From assembly GCF_000150275.1 (NCBI RefSeq), contig NW_002060943.1, positions 8,955,070-9,019,069 of the forward strand: a DNA stretch of 64,000 nt. The letters run 5' to 3'. Made by a program: the position numbers and the translations under genes. Every line of letters starts with the position of its first letter. The stretch's first letter is position 1. The DNA comes from Trichoplax adhaerens (lineage: Eukaryota > Animalia > Placozoa). Of this stretch, positions 12,499 to 26,506 are shown piece after piece. The notes below the pieces were generated by a model, which did no database searches, had not been told where the DNA came from, and was given only the letters and a program-made list of their open reading frames with translations.

Positions 12499-14556
12499 CA
12501 TTTAGCTTCAATAAGAATCGTATACTAAACTGGGTGATGTAGTAATAGTTAATTAATATAACCGAATGAATCATTCCACAACATCAGTGCTTATCTTCTT
12601 TACGGTTATATTGCAGATATAATTGCAATAAGACTTCTCTCAATAATAGTAACCTGGATATAGTAACACCATAGCTTTCTTTTCCAATTTCTATTTCGAT
12701 GGATTGTAATTGAAAATATGATAACTAGAGCATCCGAAACGTCATACTTATACTAATATATTTATATTTATCAAACATAAACTGCAATGGAAGGTTTAAC
12801 TCCTAATTTCCATCCAAAGCTATCTTTCTTACAATTTCATATCAATCTAAATATAAAGCACCGTAATGTCTCTTACAACATTTTCAAGATTATCCGATTA
12901 TTACAGCAAATAATTAGATAAAAAATAGTTGCCTAATACTTTATACTTATTAATTACATATTACAAATAGACTATATTTTGAGGCACTTCATTCTTATTT
13001 CAATCAGAACTTTTTTCTGATAAGAATAAACGATTAGTGCAATCGTGCTGACATTGTTTTAAGTGCGATCAGATCTATCAATAAAAGATTGCGGGATGAT
13101 CACTTTGCAATCCATCCCAATTGAATGCAGTTTATAATGCTACCATTATTACGACTGTATTACTTTGTATATGGATTATGTCAACATGTTTACTTTGTCT
13201 TCGTTTTCATTTCGATGGCCAAATATTAGAAATACATTGAATTACAAAAAGTTTTTGATTATGTATCAAATTAACCTGCCTAGCTTTAATTTTAACGAAT
13301 ATTCTTTTATCTTGATATTGAAATATAATATAAATCTTTGTAGCAACATTTTAATAGTGATAAGATTATGAGTGTATTCTATCTAAAACTGAATTTTAAT
13401 AGAAATATTTCAAAGGAACTGCATCATTCATTTATCGACTGTACGCAGAATTTAATAATGTAGCAACACACGAACACTTGAAAGATTATATTAACGCTCG
13501 CCAAGATTTTATTGATAACCTGTGAGAACTAAATCATTACAGTAAAACGGTCAAATAGTTATAGCAGACTTTCACAACCCTTAATTATATTGATAAACTA
13601 ATCCTAATTTTAGCTAATGTGCTTTAATATGTAATACGCTTTCTTTTATGGTTATGTGGTAGATTTTTAACTAATGTATCGGAATAAATTTCGAGATTAT
13701 TATGCAAATGTGATAAACTGCCAGCTTTTAATAAATCACTTAATGATTTTTTAAAAATGACTGATTAACATTACCGCACTGCACAACTTCATTACCTAAC
13801 AATCATAAATGAAGGGTTAGCAGATATGTTCGTAAATTGTTATTTAGTTCAATAAGGGACATCTCTACGCTTATATCTGTCGACTATAGAGTCCGAAACT
13901 AGTTCGTACCTGTTTCAGAAATGTTCAACCATTGTTATATTCAGCATTAACGGTTAACAGTGAAGTTCTTTAACGCGCAGTATAAGTCGTACGGCGTATA
14001 CTATACATTTTTCAGTGGCTATACCCTACTCCCACAGGATTATGAAGTAAAAATTACAAGTACATACAGTAAGCGAAGTATAACAAGCGTGGGCTCGCCA
14101 GATATTTATTTTTCGCTACATAATATCGCTATTACCGTCAGTCCTAAGTTAGTCCTAATTCTTACTGCATCATAACTACAGATTTGCTTAACTACACGTA
14201 GAACTCTTATTAAAAGCCAATTCACTATCGCGAGCTAATTTCAAAGAACGTAGCTCACTCTAATAATGGTACGCAGCTTGCTATACAGCACTATATTTGT
14301 TTAAATACTGAGGTGTGCTCATGTAATTTCAATAAGACAGTGAGATTGTAAAATCAAACTTGATGATGGTCATTATTACGAATTTACGATACAGTAGATA
14401 ATTTTAGTGCTACCAAGTTTATCGAAACAAGTTTTTTTCATGTGCGAGTACGCCAGGGAGAAAATATTACAGCCTATACCAGTACCAGTAATCTAGTATA
14501 CCGTTAAGTGGCACCTTGAACAAAGTCTTGTTTAATAGCGGATAGAAATAGCTAAG

Positions 14557-14607
14557 NNNNNNNNNNNNNNNNNNNNNNNNNNNNNNNNNNNNNNNNNNNN
14601 NNNNNNN
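14557..14607. other. Assembly gap (51 N)
   Basis: Run of N characters. Confidence 0.99.
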
Positions 14608-17270
14608 AGGAGACAGGAAAATTTTAAAGGGTTGACGGGTTGTAAGAAAATTTGACTTTAAAAGCAAACAGAATTGCTATGATACAGACAATAAAGAGCT
14701 ATTTGTCATGCTAGATGATGCACAAAGTGGCTTTCGTGTCTTTAGGACGATGATAACTCGCTTGACTTCATCTCAAATATACGTATTAGTATATTTTGAT
14801 AATTAAAATTTATGACTTTCTTCAATTTGAATTACTTACTCGTATTTGCCATTCCCCCGCTTGTAAACTTAAATTGTAAATGAGCTTACTTTTTCTATCA
14901 TAGAATATGTTGATTTTACAGCAACGTAATCGACTTATAAAACCGTATTCTATTTGAGCACTCCTTCAAACATTTTGACGAGTAAATGCGATTTTTGTAC
15001 AATACGGCGACTCATTCAAATAATTTTAATAATTTCCCACTTTCGTATGACTTGGGAGCCAAAATATTCCGTGATAGAAATAGTAAACTTTTAATAGCTT
15101 AAGCTCCCGTAAGAAAGATGATGCTGAATACGAGTAATATATCTAGGTACTTTAAATTAACAAAAAATTTCGAAGTCTCGAAATATTTGAATATACCTAT
15201 GCACTATTAGGTTAAAACCAGGTAAGAATCATTTTTCCGGGCGTTCAAAAGGCATTATATATTAAACCACAGAGGTAAAAGCCTATCGATTATCCTCTAC
15301 ATCTTCGGTATTTGTTGTATGTTAATAAATTGATTCTTAAAAATGTTATATGGACTAATTTACTGTCTTAAGAATCTGTAAAAAAGCATAACGGTATCTG
15401 GCCTTTGATACAGTAATCATGATTCAACTGGGCTTGTGTGTGATCGTAAAAGTGCGCTTTGATTAATTACCGAAGTAGTGAATATAGTGGGATCGCCTTG
15501 TCATTTACATCATTGTAGTATAGTACCGGTACATAATTTTTAACCTAGTAGTTACAGAGTAATTTACAGAGCTAAACTGTACCAGATCAATAGTCTATGG
15601 CTATTAAATATTTATACACGTAGTTACTAAACAGCTTCTGACAACGCCTGCGTTTATTTTCCATAATTACATTTATAGATTATAAATTGCAATTAAAGCG
15701 GAAGTGCTACCGTCATAGTCGTCCGTAACATAAGCATATACCGTATAATTTGGTTAATTCAATTATTTTTGTTCATGTTTTTCAGCAATAAGTATTATTA
15801 CAAAAATGGAGACGTGCGTATTGATATACAATATAGTACTAAGGTGCTAAATACTCCTGATCAATATGTTCTACTTGTATTTTTATACTCTACTGTCTGT
15901 AGATCATTGTGATCACTTACGCTGAGTTATGCGCAACATCAGTTGTTAGATGTTAGATCTGAACGTATACTGATATCTGTTAAGATAGAATACAATATGC
16001 ATAAGTACTTTATGTCTCCCATTTAAAATTAAACTTAAAGCCTGCGGCGACGTTATAATTCATTATAGTCATTACATTGTTAGTCTATGAAAAGAAGAAT
16101 ATCCCTATGCAAATAATCATATTTTATTCTTTAATAGGCAAACATCATATCCCTACTAAAAGCACTATATGTCTGTAGTCGTATTGTGTCCGTATATTTA
16201 TAATCACTCTGAATGATGTAGGCAATTGACGTACTGTAAATGTAGTTTAATTTCATCAATGAACTTGATCAGGAACGAAATTTTAACACAACAGCAACAA
16301 TCAAGTACTGACTTAGATGAAATTTAAGACTGTACTGTACATTGTACAGTGTATAGTATAAGCCTACATAAGACCATATTAGCTTATCATAAGAATGAAA
16401 AATAAAATTGTATGCTGTTTCCTTACAAACTAATCATTACTTACAATAAAATACGGCAATACAACTGTAGTAATAAGACGATAATCTATTTTAGAAATTG
16501 ATATACGTTTTAGACTGTCTTTCATGCTAGGATTAGGGTCAACAAATTTTTCAACGCTGTTATGGATTACACTGTAATATACGTTGCTCGGGAGATGTAG
16601 TGTACTGTATTTAATGTATTGCTATGGCTAATTATAACAATTATTAATCTAGGCTGTCAGTTGACTCCTCCTTTTAAATATGTTTTTATAGTAATATCGA
16701 AGAATAGAAAATAATTTATATATAGATGTGATGCATAACAATACTTTTAGCTAGAAAATGGAGAGATTCACCATAATTTAAAACCCTCCTTCTACTGTCG
16801 TGTCTACTTATGCGTATACGTTATTGACGTGCATTGTAGTCGTTAATAAACAAAAGAAAGTGTACTGGGCTTCCGCTGGTGCGTTTATTCTATGCACTTT
16901 TATGTCAAATAGCATTTTATACTTCTGTCTTAGACTATTTTCTCACTAACACCTGTAGATAACAAATCAATGAATTTTACGTCCTAAAAGTTGGTGTTAC
17001 GAAGCAGTTGACTTTCCAAAGAATAGTATTAAGAAAAATCATTAAATCTTAACCCTGTATTTTTTAGTTCTTCTTTTTTACCAAATGGATGATAATTAAC
17101 TTACACATATTGTAGTCTAAGAAATAATTTGATTTCATTAGGCCGCCCTTATTAAATTATTTAAACATCTTCGCATAAAATCATCCTAGTTTTCTGTTTA
17201 GTCAATTCTTTGATTTATTTGGTTATTAGTACTTTACTATTTAACCGAAGAAACCAAACTTAACTTCACT

Positions 17271-20200
17271 ATGGTATCCCAAACTAAGTATCACCAGTTA
17301 CCTAAGGAAGATGAAAGCAAAGAGAACGAAGGAGAAATGGGCGAACAGAAGCAAGGTCAAGTGACTATTAACTATTTTTGTGGTCGTCGTCAAGTACCAC
17401 GGAAAGACTTCTACTTGATCATGGTTACTTTAATCGTCGTCTCAATGATTCTACTTGCGCTGTTTATTACCGCCGCTGCTCGACATCATAAATCTCAAAC
17501 GTCATCGCAAAAGCACGGACATTCAAGAGTCACTCCATCACCGACTTTGCCTTTTCCCTATAAAAGTTTTCGATTACCGGCGTACATTCGTCCAAACCAT
17601 TATTTAATTGACTTGCGCCCGAACTATGATCAGCTAACAACTGCTGGTAACGTTTCAATCAACGTTACCAGTAGTAAAAAATCGAATTTTATTATTTTAC
17701 ACAAGAAACATGTCAACATTCTTGACGTTAAAGTCTCAGAATTAAATAGCAAGAAAGATATCAAAGTCATAAAAACTGATGAATATCACAAATATAATTT
17801 CTACTACATCAAGTTAGAACACTACTTACAACCTAATAAAGGCTATCTTATTCACGTAAGATTTACAAGTCAAATAAAGACTAAAGTACTTCATGGATTG
17901 TATCGCAGTCATTACCGAGCAGCAAGCGGAATGACCAGGTTATATATCTCTTATTAAATTATATTTTTTAATTGACGTATGTTATTGAAGTATGTTAATA
18001 CTAAATGACTAAGATTGGAGTATAGCGTTTTATTAATTTGATTGAACTTCAGTTTCTTCAGTGCAAATAGTGTAGCGAAAAATATAGCTCTATTATAGCA
18101 TTACTGTTAATATGCGATTTATGTTAACTATTTTGCTCCTGCTAGCAGAAAATAACAATTAAAGTTTCAAATTGTTATATTCTACAATAAATTACTGTAC
18201 CGTAGACCGTAGATAAATATAATCATTCCAATGTAAAGAATACTGATTTCATCTTTTAAGTTCGGGTAAATTTCCTATCTCCCACGACTACTTCAAGTTC
18301 AAACTACCGATCATTTGTTTATTAATTTTACAGTATAATGACCACACTCGTTTCGGCAGTGATAATTGTTTGATTATTCTCAAGCTATGATTAAATTCTG
18401 TACCGTCCATACTCCCGTAAATTGTTAAGCATATCTTCATTATGATGGATTATATTTATGATGTAAAAATGGTTATATATATTTATCTATGTTATAATTA
18501 CAATTGCTCATTATAAATCGTTATATCACATTAAATCATTATAAGACTCACACTAGATAGACATTATTAGAGGGGAAACCTGTAAGAAAAGCCTAAAACG
18601 GTAGGTGATTTACTTTACTAATAAGTATTACCTTTTTCTGTTACAGATATTTGTACAGTACCCACTTGGAAGCCACTCACGCTCGAGAAATATTTCCTTG
18701 TTTTGACGAACCAGCTATGAAAGCAATTTTCACACTGACAATCACTTCACCTCCTGGCTATACAGCTATTTCCAACAGTGAAATTCATAAGAAGAAAGTT
18801 TTACAGAATAATTATACATTAAATGAATTTCATCCTACTCCTCCAATGAGCACTTATTTAGTTGCCTTGGTAGTATCTGATTTTAAAAACCTTGAAGGAA
18901 GAACTATAAATAACGTTCGCGTAAGTCAATCTCAATTTTACCATCATATCCGTTTTCCTGTATCACATAATTATTGTTTAAATTTAGGTTAGAACATGGG
19001 CAAATCCGCTTATGTACAAGTATACGAACTATTCGTTACATGTAACAATGAAGGTCATCCCTTTCTATGGAAAAACGTTCGGGGTAGCCTATCCTTTGCC
19101 TAAGATGGGTATATATGGTTTACTTTGATAATTTTACACGTATTAATTAGCTCATTTACGTCTATTTCGGTATTAAAGTATATGGATTTATATGTTTCTT
19201 CTTATATAATATAATGTAAAGACTACTAATCAAATCTTATTTGAATTAGATCTGGTTGCTATACCGGAATTTGCTGCTGGAGCTATGGAAAACTGGGGAT
19301 TAATCTTATACAGGGAAACATCAATGATATATAATAAATGGGTTAATACTTTGCGTACAAAGCAGTGGGTAACTGTTGTAGTTGCACATGAATTAGCACA
19401 TCAGGTATAGTACAACCTATTTTCGTATTTATATTAGATGAACCTAAATTCATTTCTTTAGGTAGGGTATATTATAATTTTGCTTAATACAATCTAATTA
19501 GATCACTATTTTCTGGCTTTATAGTTATCTTAAATTGTATTGTACTAAGTGTTCTTTCTGCTTAAGTTGTATTACTGTATTAATATATATTATTTATTTT
19601 CTACTGAATATCTTTCTTGATTTATTATACTAGTGGTTTGGAAACTTAGTAACGATGAAATGGTGGAGTGATATTTGGCTTAATGAAGGTTTTGCAGCCT
19701 TTATGGAACATGTTGGAACAAATCATGTTGCCCCTGAATTTCAAATGGTAGAATAATATTTACGATGAATTTTGTTAATTTGCTGTTTGGTCATATATAA
19801 TTATGGACTCTTAGGACAATAATTGTTATTTATCTATCTCATGTTCTAACTAGTATGTTGTATACATAGATGAAGCAGTTTCTATTGCGAAATTTTCGTC
19901 GGGCACAGTATGCTGATAGTCTTCCTACGATACATCCTCTTGTATCTACGGCAACTAATAGCGATCAGATCGAGTCCTTATTTGACAGTATTTCCTATAA
20001 AAAGGTAGTCAAGATAAACTACTTTGTCGAAGAATTACAAACTGCTATTTCATAGTATAATTCTACAATATTATGCTGTGTAGTCATGCTATCTATTGGT
20101 TAATGTAGGGAAGTTGCCTTATAAGAATGGTGCGGGATTATTTAGGCATACCAAACTTTAATCAAGGAATTCGCCATTATTTATCTACGTATAAGTATAA

Positions 20201-23200
20201 GAATGCAGATCATAATAACCTATGGCAGGCTCTGCAATGGGCAAGTAAAATTTGGTTGATTTTATTTTTATGATGAAGGGATTAGGTACACCTGTTTACC
20301 ATCTGGATATATACGTACAACATTTACTAAGTTGAGGCTTTTAAAATAATAGGCTAGCCATGGTAAAGTTAATATCTCTTCGATGATGAGTACTTGGGCC
20401 TTGCAACCTGGCTATCCAGTAGTAACTCTTGGAAGTCATAATAACAATGGTACAGCAACTATTAGTCAGCAAAGATTTCTGTCTGTTCGAAAATCGAAAT
20501 CTGGGGATTACGGGTCGATAACTGCCTCGTGAGTAGATGCGGTCACTATTTTTATAATATTCAAAGAAGTCTTTCAAGAATTAGGCAGCAACATAGCATT
20601 AGCTTAAAGTTATTACGAAGATACAGTCGGAAATGCAAATTGTTTATATATCTACGTGCTATAACTTTCTATCTATTTCGATAAGCGATACTAGCGATGT
20701 TTGTACTTCGATCTTGGCACGTGAGATTTAAAAATAAATTAGATATTAAATTCGCTAATATTAATATTATCTTATCATTTTAACCAATACCAGGTCCCTT
20801 TGGCATATTCCCATATCATTTCAGACAAAAAATAACCGGACTGGTAAATTCATGTTGTTGAAAAGGGCCGGTATGTTTCAAGATAACTAAAATACATCAA
20901 TGCATTATATATATCAATTAATGATCGGTATCAGCCGGATAGAATTTCGTAGCTATTAACTGCAAATCATTAAATAAATATAAATTGTAACTTGGTAGCT
21001 AGTACTACCTTTTAGAATGTTTTCATATATATTTGATCAAAGCAGTGAATAGCCAATTTGTACCATGTGCATAATTGCTAGGCGCTATCAACCGAGTATT
21101 CGTGAATACTAGTAGTATTTTCTAATTTGTTTTAATAAATCATAAATGTTTATTTCAGATATTTTTCCGTGGAAAAATACTGATGGATGGATAAAATTGA
21201 ACTCTAACCAAATCGGCTATTTTACTGTTAATTATAACATCCAAAATTGGAATTCGCTGACAGATCAGTTAAAGAAAGATTTCTTGGTAATACATTGAAA
21301 TTGAATAAATACAATAGCTTTATGATAGTAAAATAGACCATCAAACTGTTCCATCTATTTAAAATCTAGGACCAAAAATAAATACATTTGCGATTATAAG
21401 CTAATACATAATAGTTTTATATTTATACTCGTACGATAGTATGATGATTTATTTGGGAAAAGGTATTCCACTTGCGTTATTATATTCTTAAAAATTGAAC
21501 TATAACGCCAACTAAATCGGTATTAAGCGAAAATTATTGAATTTACGAACGAAACTAGACAATTATCGCTATTACCATAAAAATTGTCGGAATGTTTATA
21601 AGTTATTCATTAATTCAGTATGATGACCAAATTATTGCGACTTTTTGATATTACAGGTGTTCAATGACATAGATCGCTATCAGCTCTTAGGCGACACTTA
21701 CATGTTAGCTAGGTATGTGAGAACATATTGCGGATATTGTAAGATATGCAATGCATTAACCAAACCGGGAAACTGTTATCAAATAGGCCTGGCCTGCTAA
21801 CCATAAAAGTCTTCCTTAATATGACAACCTACCTATTTAAAGAAAAAAATTATCTTCCCCTATACGCCGGTTTATATAGTTTAAGCGTAATCAAGCAGGC
21901 GATGTCATATAACAAAATTATCCACCAAAAATTCGAGGTAACTGTTTAATGATCAAATGTTAAATAGTTTGCTTTCCTATAAATTTTTAAAACCATGACG
22001 TAATTATTAAAAAGATCCAGAAAATAAACTACAGTGTATAGACTGCCATTATTAATAATCGATTATTGATTTCTAATTACCATTTATGGTTAGTAGTCAA
22101 ATCCTTATTATTGATCTATTATCGTAATAACCAAATCTAGGCATATATCTATCGTTTGATACGACCTCAGATTCAGAGATTAGGCTGGAAACATCAAGCT
22201 TCGTATTTGCAGAGGTAACTAGATTTTATTACTTGTCTTGTTTATCATTATAATTATTAGCGTTCTCTTATTGATATCTACAACTTCATGAAGGACTGCA
22301 GTTTACTATCACTTTTTTCATCTATAGTTTTCACGGACTTGCATTTTGATTAATTACTTTATAATCCATCTAGTAAATTACAACATCTAATTTTGGTCTA
22401 TGGCGTTCACTACAACGATAGTACAATAAAGTCATATAGTTTATCAGCTTATCATCAGTGGGTTTATAATAATACCAGGTAAGACTTAATAATTGCGTAT
22501 CGCTTGTAGTTTTTAAATTGAATCAATAATCCAGAATAGGTGATAAAGCTATTGAAGTAGTTTAATCTCAGTAATTCTAAGGATTTATGAATACAGTTAT
22601 TATATTGTAATTGAAAAATTTTATATAAGATAATTTTATATTAGATAACTTAGCGCGATTGTTTCGTATCATAGACTGCCTACGAAATTTCGTAGCCTTA
22701 TCCTATCGGTAGCTATGAAATATGGTGGGCAACCGGCAGAAAAAGTTATGATGGATAAATATTTACATACAAGTTCATCATCTATGAAACGTTTATACTT
22801 TGCAATAATGGCTACATCAAAAGATCCTACATTTCTAAACAAGTATGGAATATAGCTACATAATTAAATAAGCAAATAAGTTTGTGAAATGAACTGAAAA
22901 ATGTCTTGTAATAGCAGAAATTAGAAATCTATTAAATGTTAAAATTTTAATCGATCAGAGCAACAGTGCTTCTATACTTTTATATTATCTATTTTTGCTT
23001 AAGATTTCAATCTTTTCTTGGCTTTTTAGGCTATTGGTCATGACTTTGGATCCCAGTAAAGTAAGAATTGAAGAAACTGTAACGTATATGAGTTCTGTTG
23101 CTAGGAATTCTGTCGGATCTAAACTCTGCTGGGAATTCTATAAGAAGCATTTTCAAATTATTCATAAAAGGTATGCAATTATTATTACTGATAATAATTA

Positions 23201-23999
23201 TTGGGTAAATGACCTGAATAGATGAGTATCCCTAGTGATATATAAATGATGAGTATTGACGTCATTAAATTTATATATTAATATAATAAAACACGATGTA
23301 CTATTAATCTATTCATTTAAAACTGGAAGCGGTTATAGTAGTATTTTCTTTCTTGTTATAATCCTTAATATGTGTTGATAAGCGTATATAATTTGTTTAA
23401 TAAAGCACGATCGATCAAAGTTAGAGAGCTATTTATTATATATTGGAATGACTATCAAAGTATTAAAAAATATTTTCTACGTGACATTGATTTACAGGTA
23501 TAATTCAGAATCCTTTTCGTTATCTCACTTGATGAATTCTCTTACTTCCCGATTTAATACTGAAGCCCAGTACAAAGAGGTATCTAAATAGCAATTTTCC
23601 ATTATTTAATACTCGCACGTATGATATCCTAAAACTTAGTTCTTTAACAAGCTAATGTACTGGATGTTGCAGTATATTCGAATGCACAATATGATTAACA
23701 TTGTACATTAAGTATTTTTAAACGATATAATGACGTTTAACGCTTACTACCGTACTATTAAACAGAGCTTAATATAGAATGTAGAAAAGTAAAATTTCAG
23801 AAATAAGGATATTTATTATTTATATCTATCTTATAAAATCAATAATCATTAGGTAAAGGACTTTTATCGTGTGCATAATAATGTCGGCGTGGCAAAATCT
23901 ACAATTCCAATTATCCTATCGAAAATCCGAGCTAGAATTGATTGGAAGATATTAAATGAGGCTGATGTAATACAGTGGGCAAACAAACATTTAACTTAA
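17271..23999 (+). CDS. Type II membrane M1 zinc aminopeptidase (APN/APA/ERAP/TRHDE-like), multi-exon, apparently catalytically intact
   Basis: N-terminal cytosolic tail plus TM anchor; [11 protein letters not shown]; FPCFDEP; [10 protein letters not shown]; GAMENWG (~19279); HELAHQ/WFGNLVT...WLNEGFA; FDSISYKKG (catalytic Tyr); last exon 23853-23999 ends NKHLT-TAA. Confidence 0.95.
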
Positions 24000-25299
24000 A
24001 TGAATCGTATTAGATATCTTCATATACCTTTTAAGAAGAAATAAGGTCAAATCTAGTTTCATTTTATGGGATTACGTATGTTATATAATTATACATACAA
24101 TACAGTACTGTCATAAAGTAAAATGATTCCGAATGTTAATTACGGCTATTATGTGTTTCATATTTAGCTTATTGTTGATAGATTTGATGACACTAATTTA
24201 GCTGTTTTCTTCATGATCTGCTGTATCTATCGCGAAATAGTGAAATTGCAGATTTATAGTGCTATCATACCTACTTCAACTGCTGTACAATATTGAATTG
24301 CACATTTCTCAGCCTTTTTATCTCTTTATGGCATATAGTATTATATATCATGTGATAGTACTGTATCTGCTGCCGGTTAAAAATCCATATAATAATTGAA
24401 TTAAAATATTCCATTAGGTGTGTTTCAATTTTTTTACAAACCATATCAATCATTATATAATTAGATAATATTTATTACAATAACTAATTGCGTTTGTAAC
24501 CTAATACACATTACTGCATAACAACTTATTCAGGATACCAATTACCAAGTATCCACTAGGGTCTTTTAACGTACTTCTTTAATTGCAATCAGTACCGTAC
24601 TTAAAACACATAGTGATAAGATACCTATTTACATGTATATTATCATTTAATTAGAAGGTAGCTCCCTTTCTTCTAGATCATGACTAGAATATCGCCTAGT
24701 AAATTTGTAGTTACGAATGCGGTAATGTACTGTCTAATACCGTATAATACATGTATTTTAAGTGCCTTTATTTCAAGATAAAATGATTTTCGTGTTTTGC
24801 TAGTATTTATGTAACATCTTCATAGAGGTTAACTTACATACTGAATTGTGACTCATTTGAAAACTTATGTACGCGTACAATAAAATAAAATAAATAAATA
24901 AGTGTAATTTCGAACTACGGTAAAATTGCGTGTTTTTCGTTTACTTTAATGATTGAGAAAGTCTATTCACTCTTTGCCTAACAATTAATGATCTAGAGGC
25001 TTTTGTTTCAGTTTAAAATCTTTTAACGACACCGTGATTCCCGCAAATGCCGTACAACAAAATACCATTCAAAGTTAAAAAATAGTTACATTAATCATGG
25101 ATTTTTGAGGATTATTTATTAGCTACAGTCTCAGGCTCATAGAGTCAAACTCAAACATCTATAATACTCGTATACAATAGCATAAAACTTGTCGTGAGAT
25201 GCAGTAATTTTCTCTGGAGTTGATTAGGCATCATGACCAATACAGTAATCTTCCTTCTTCAGGTTAAAAAGTAAAAAGTAAAGTCAAAATTAGCCGGAT

Positions 25300-26090
25300 T
25301 AATATCTGTACAGTGTGTACAGTACACGGCACAAGTTTCGTTGATCAATTACAGTACTGCTGTAACTGCGCCTACAGTATGATCTAGTATAGTACAGTGC
25401 ACTAGTCCATATTTCTCTATAGCTGAGAACAATGGGACTGTAGAAAATTTGACTTTAAACTGTAGAACAACTTACGATTATTACTATATTACGCCGTAAA
25501 TATTGTATAAAATAGAAATTGAACTACATACTTCAAATATACAACTCATATGCTATCGATTGATATAATTTTACCCTAAGCTGGTCGATACTTCTACATG
25601 TATTCCATTTTTTAGTTATCTACTGCGAAATTAATCACGCTCTGTACTGTACAGTACACTACAGTACAGTACAGTACAGTACAGTGCACTCAGGTCTACA
25701 GTGCAGTACTGTACATGTGTACTGTACAATAGGCAACTTTTTCAGGGCGGACGGACTGACGATCACTGACGTCTGATGTCACTTTCGCCTCTCTTGACGT
25801 ATTTTGTACAGTACAATACTGTACTGTACAGCATCGTACTGTGCAAACAGGGACCTCTAATAATGAATGACTCAGTTTATTACCGTACTGTTCAGTGTAG
25901 AGTACTCTGATGTCCTGTACTGTACTGTAGGCTGTAGAAAGTAAAAAAAAATGGGAAAGTCTCTGGCTGTAGCTTCACACTGTGAGTGACAGTTGTGACA
26001 GTGAAGCTCTGAGAGGAGTCGCTGCGAGACTGCATTTAGCCCAGGTGATAATAATCGTACCGTACCGTACCGTATAGCGGTCCTACTGTG
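25300..26090. promoter_or_regulatory. Putative talin promoter region rich in TACAGT/ACTGTA arrays
   Basis: Dense (ACAGT)n array at ~25643-25690, many GTACTGTAC copies and (ACCGT)3 at ~26059-26073, next to putative non-coding exons ending at 26044 and spanning 26135-26257. Confidence 0.5.
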
Positions 26091-26506
26091 CTATTTTATT
26101 TGTGGAGGTGTTCTGATTTCTGCATGTTTTCTAGCTCACAAATACCATACAGTCCTTGCTGGATACGGTAAATCGGTAATCGCCCATCTCGAAGAAGGAC
26201 GTAAAGCTGATTGAAAAATTGTGGTTAAAGTTCAGAAGCTAGCGTGTATTCCGACAGGTGAAAGAAATTTTAGACAGTAACTATAAATTGATATTGACCA
26301 GTATAAACCTTGTAGGCTAATCAGACTTTTCTGGTACTTGTAACAATCTGCATAAACAATTCCACTTCATACCGTATTGATGTTGAGCATATCCAATTCT
26401 CCATATAGGATATTGTATGAGTTTTAATGTACTTTATCTCTGTCCAAGGCTATATTGTTCATTCCGTTGCTAAAGATTGTTCCTTCGCTTGCTTTAGGTA
26501 GCCATC

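Noticed and set aside
14467-14667. ORF spanning the N gap; possible mobile element at the gap
   Set aside because: Artifact of the Ns. No terminal repeats or transposase/RT motifs are recognisable.
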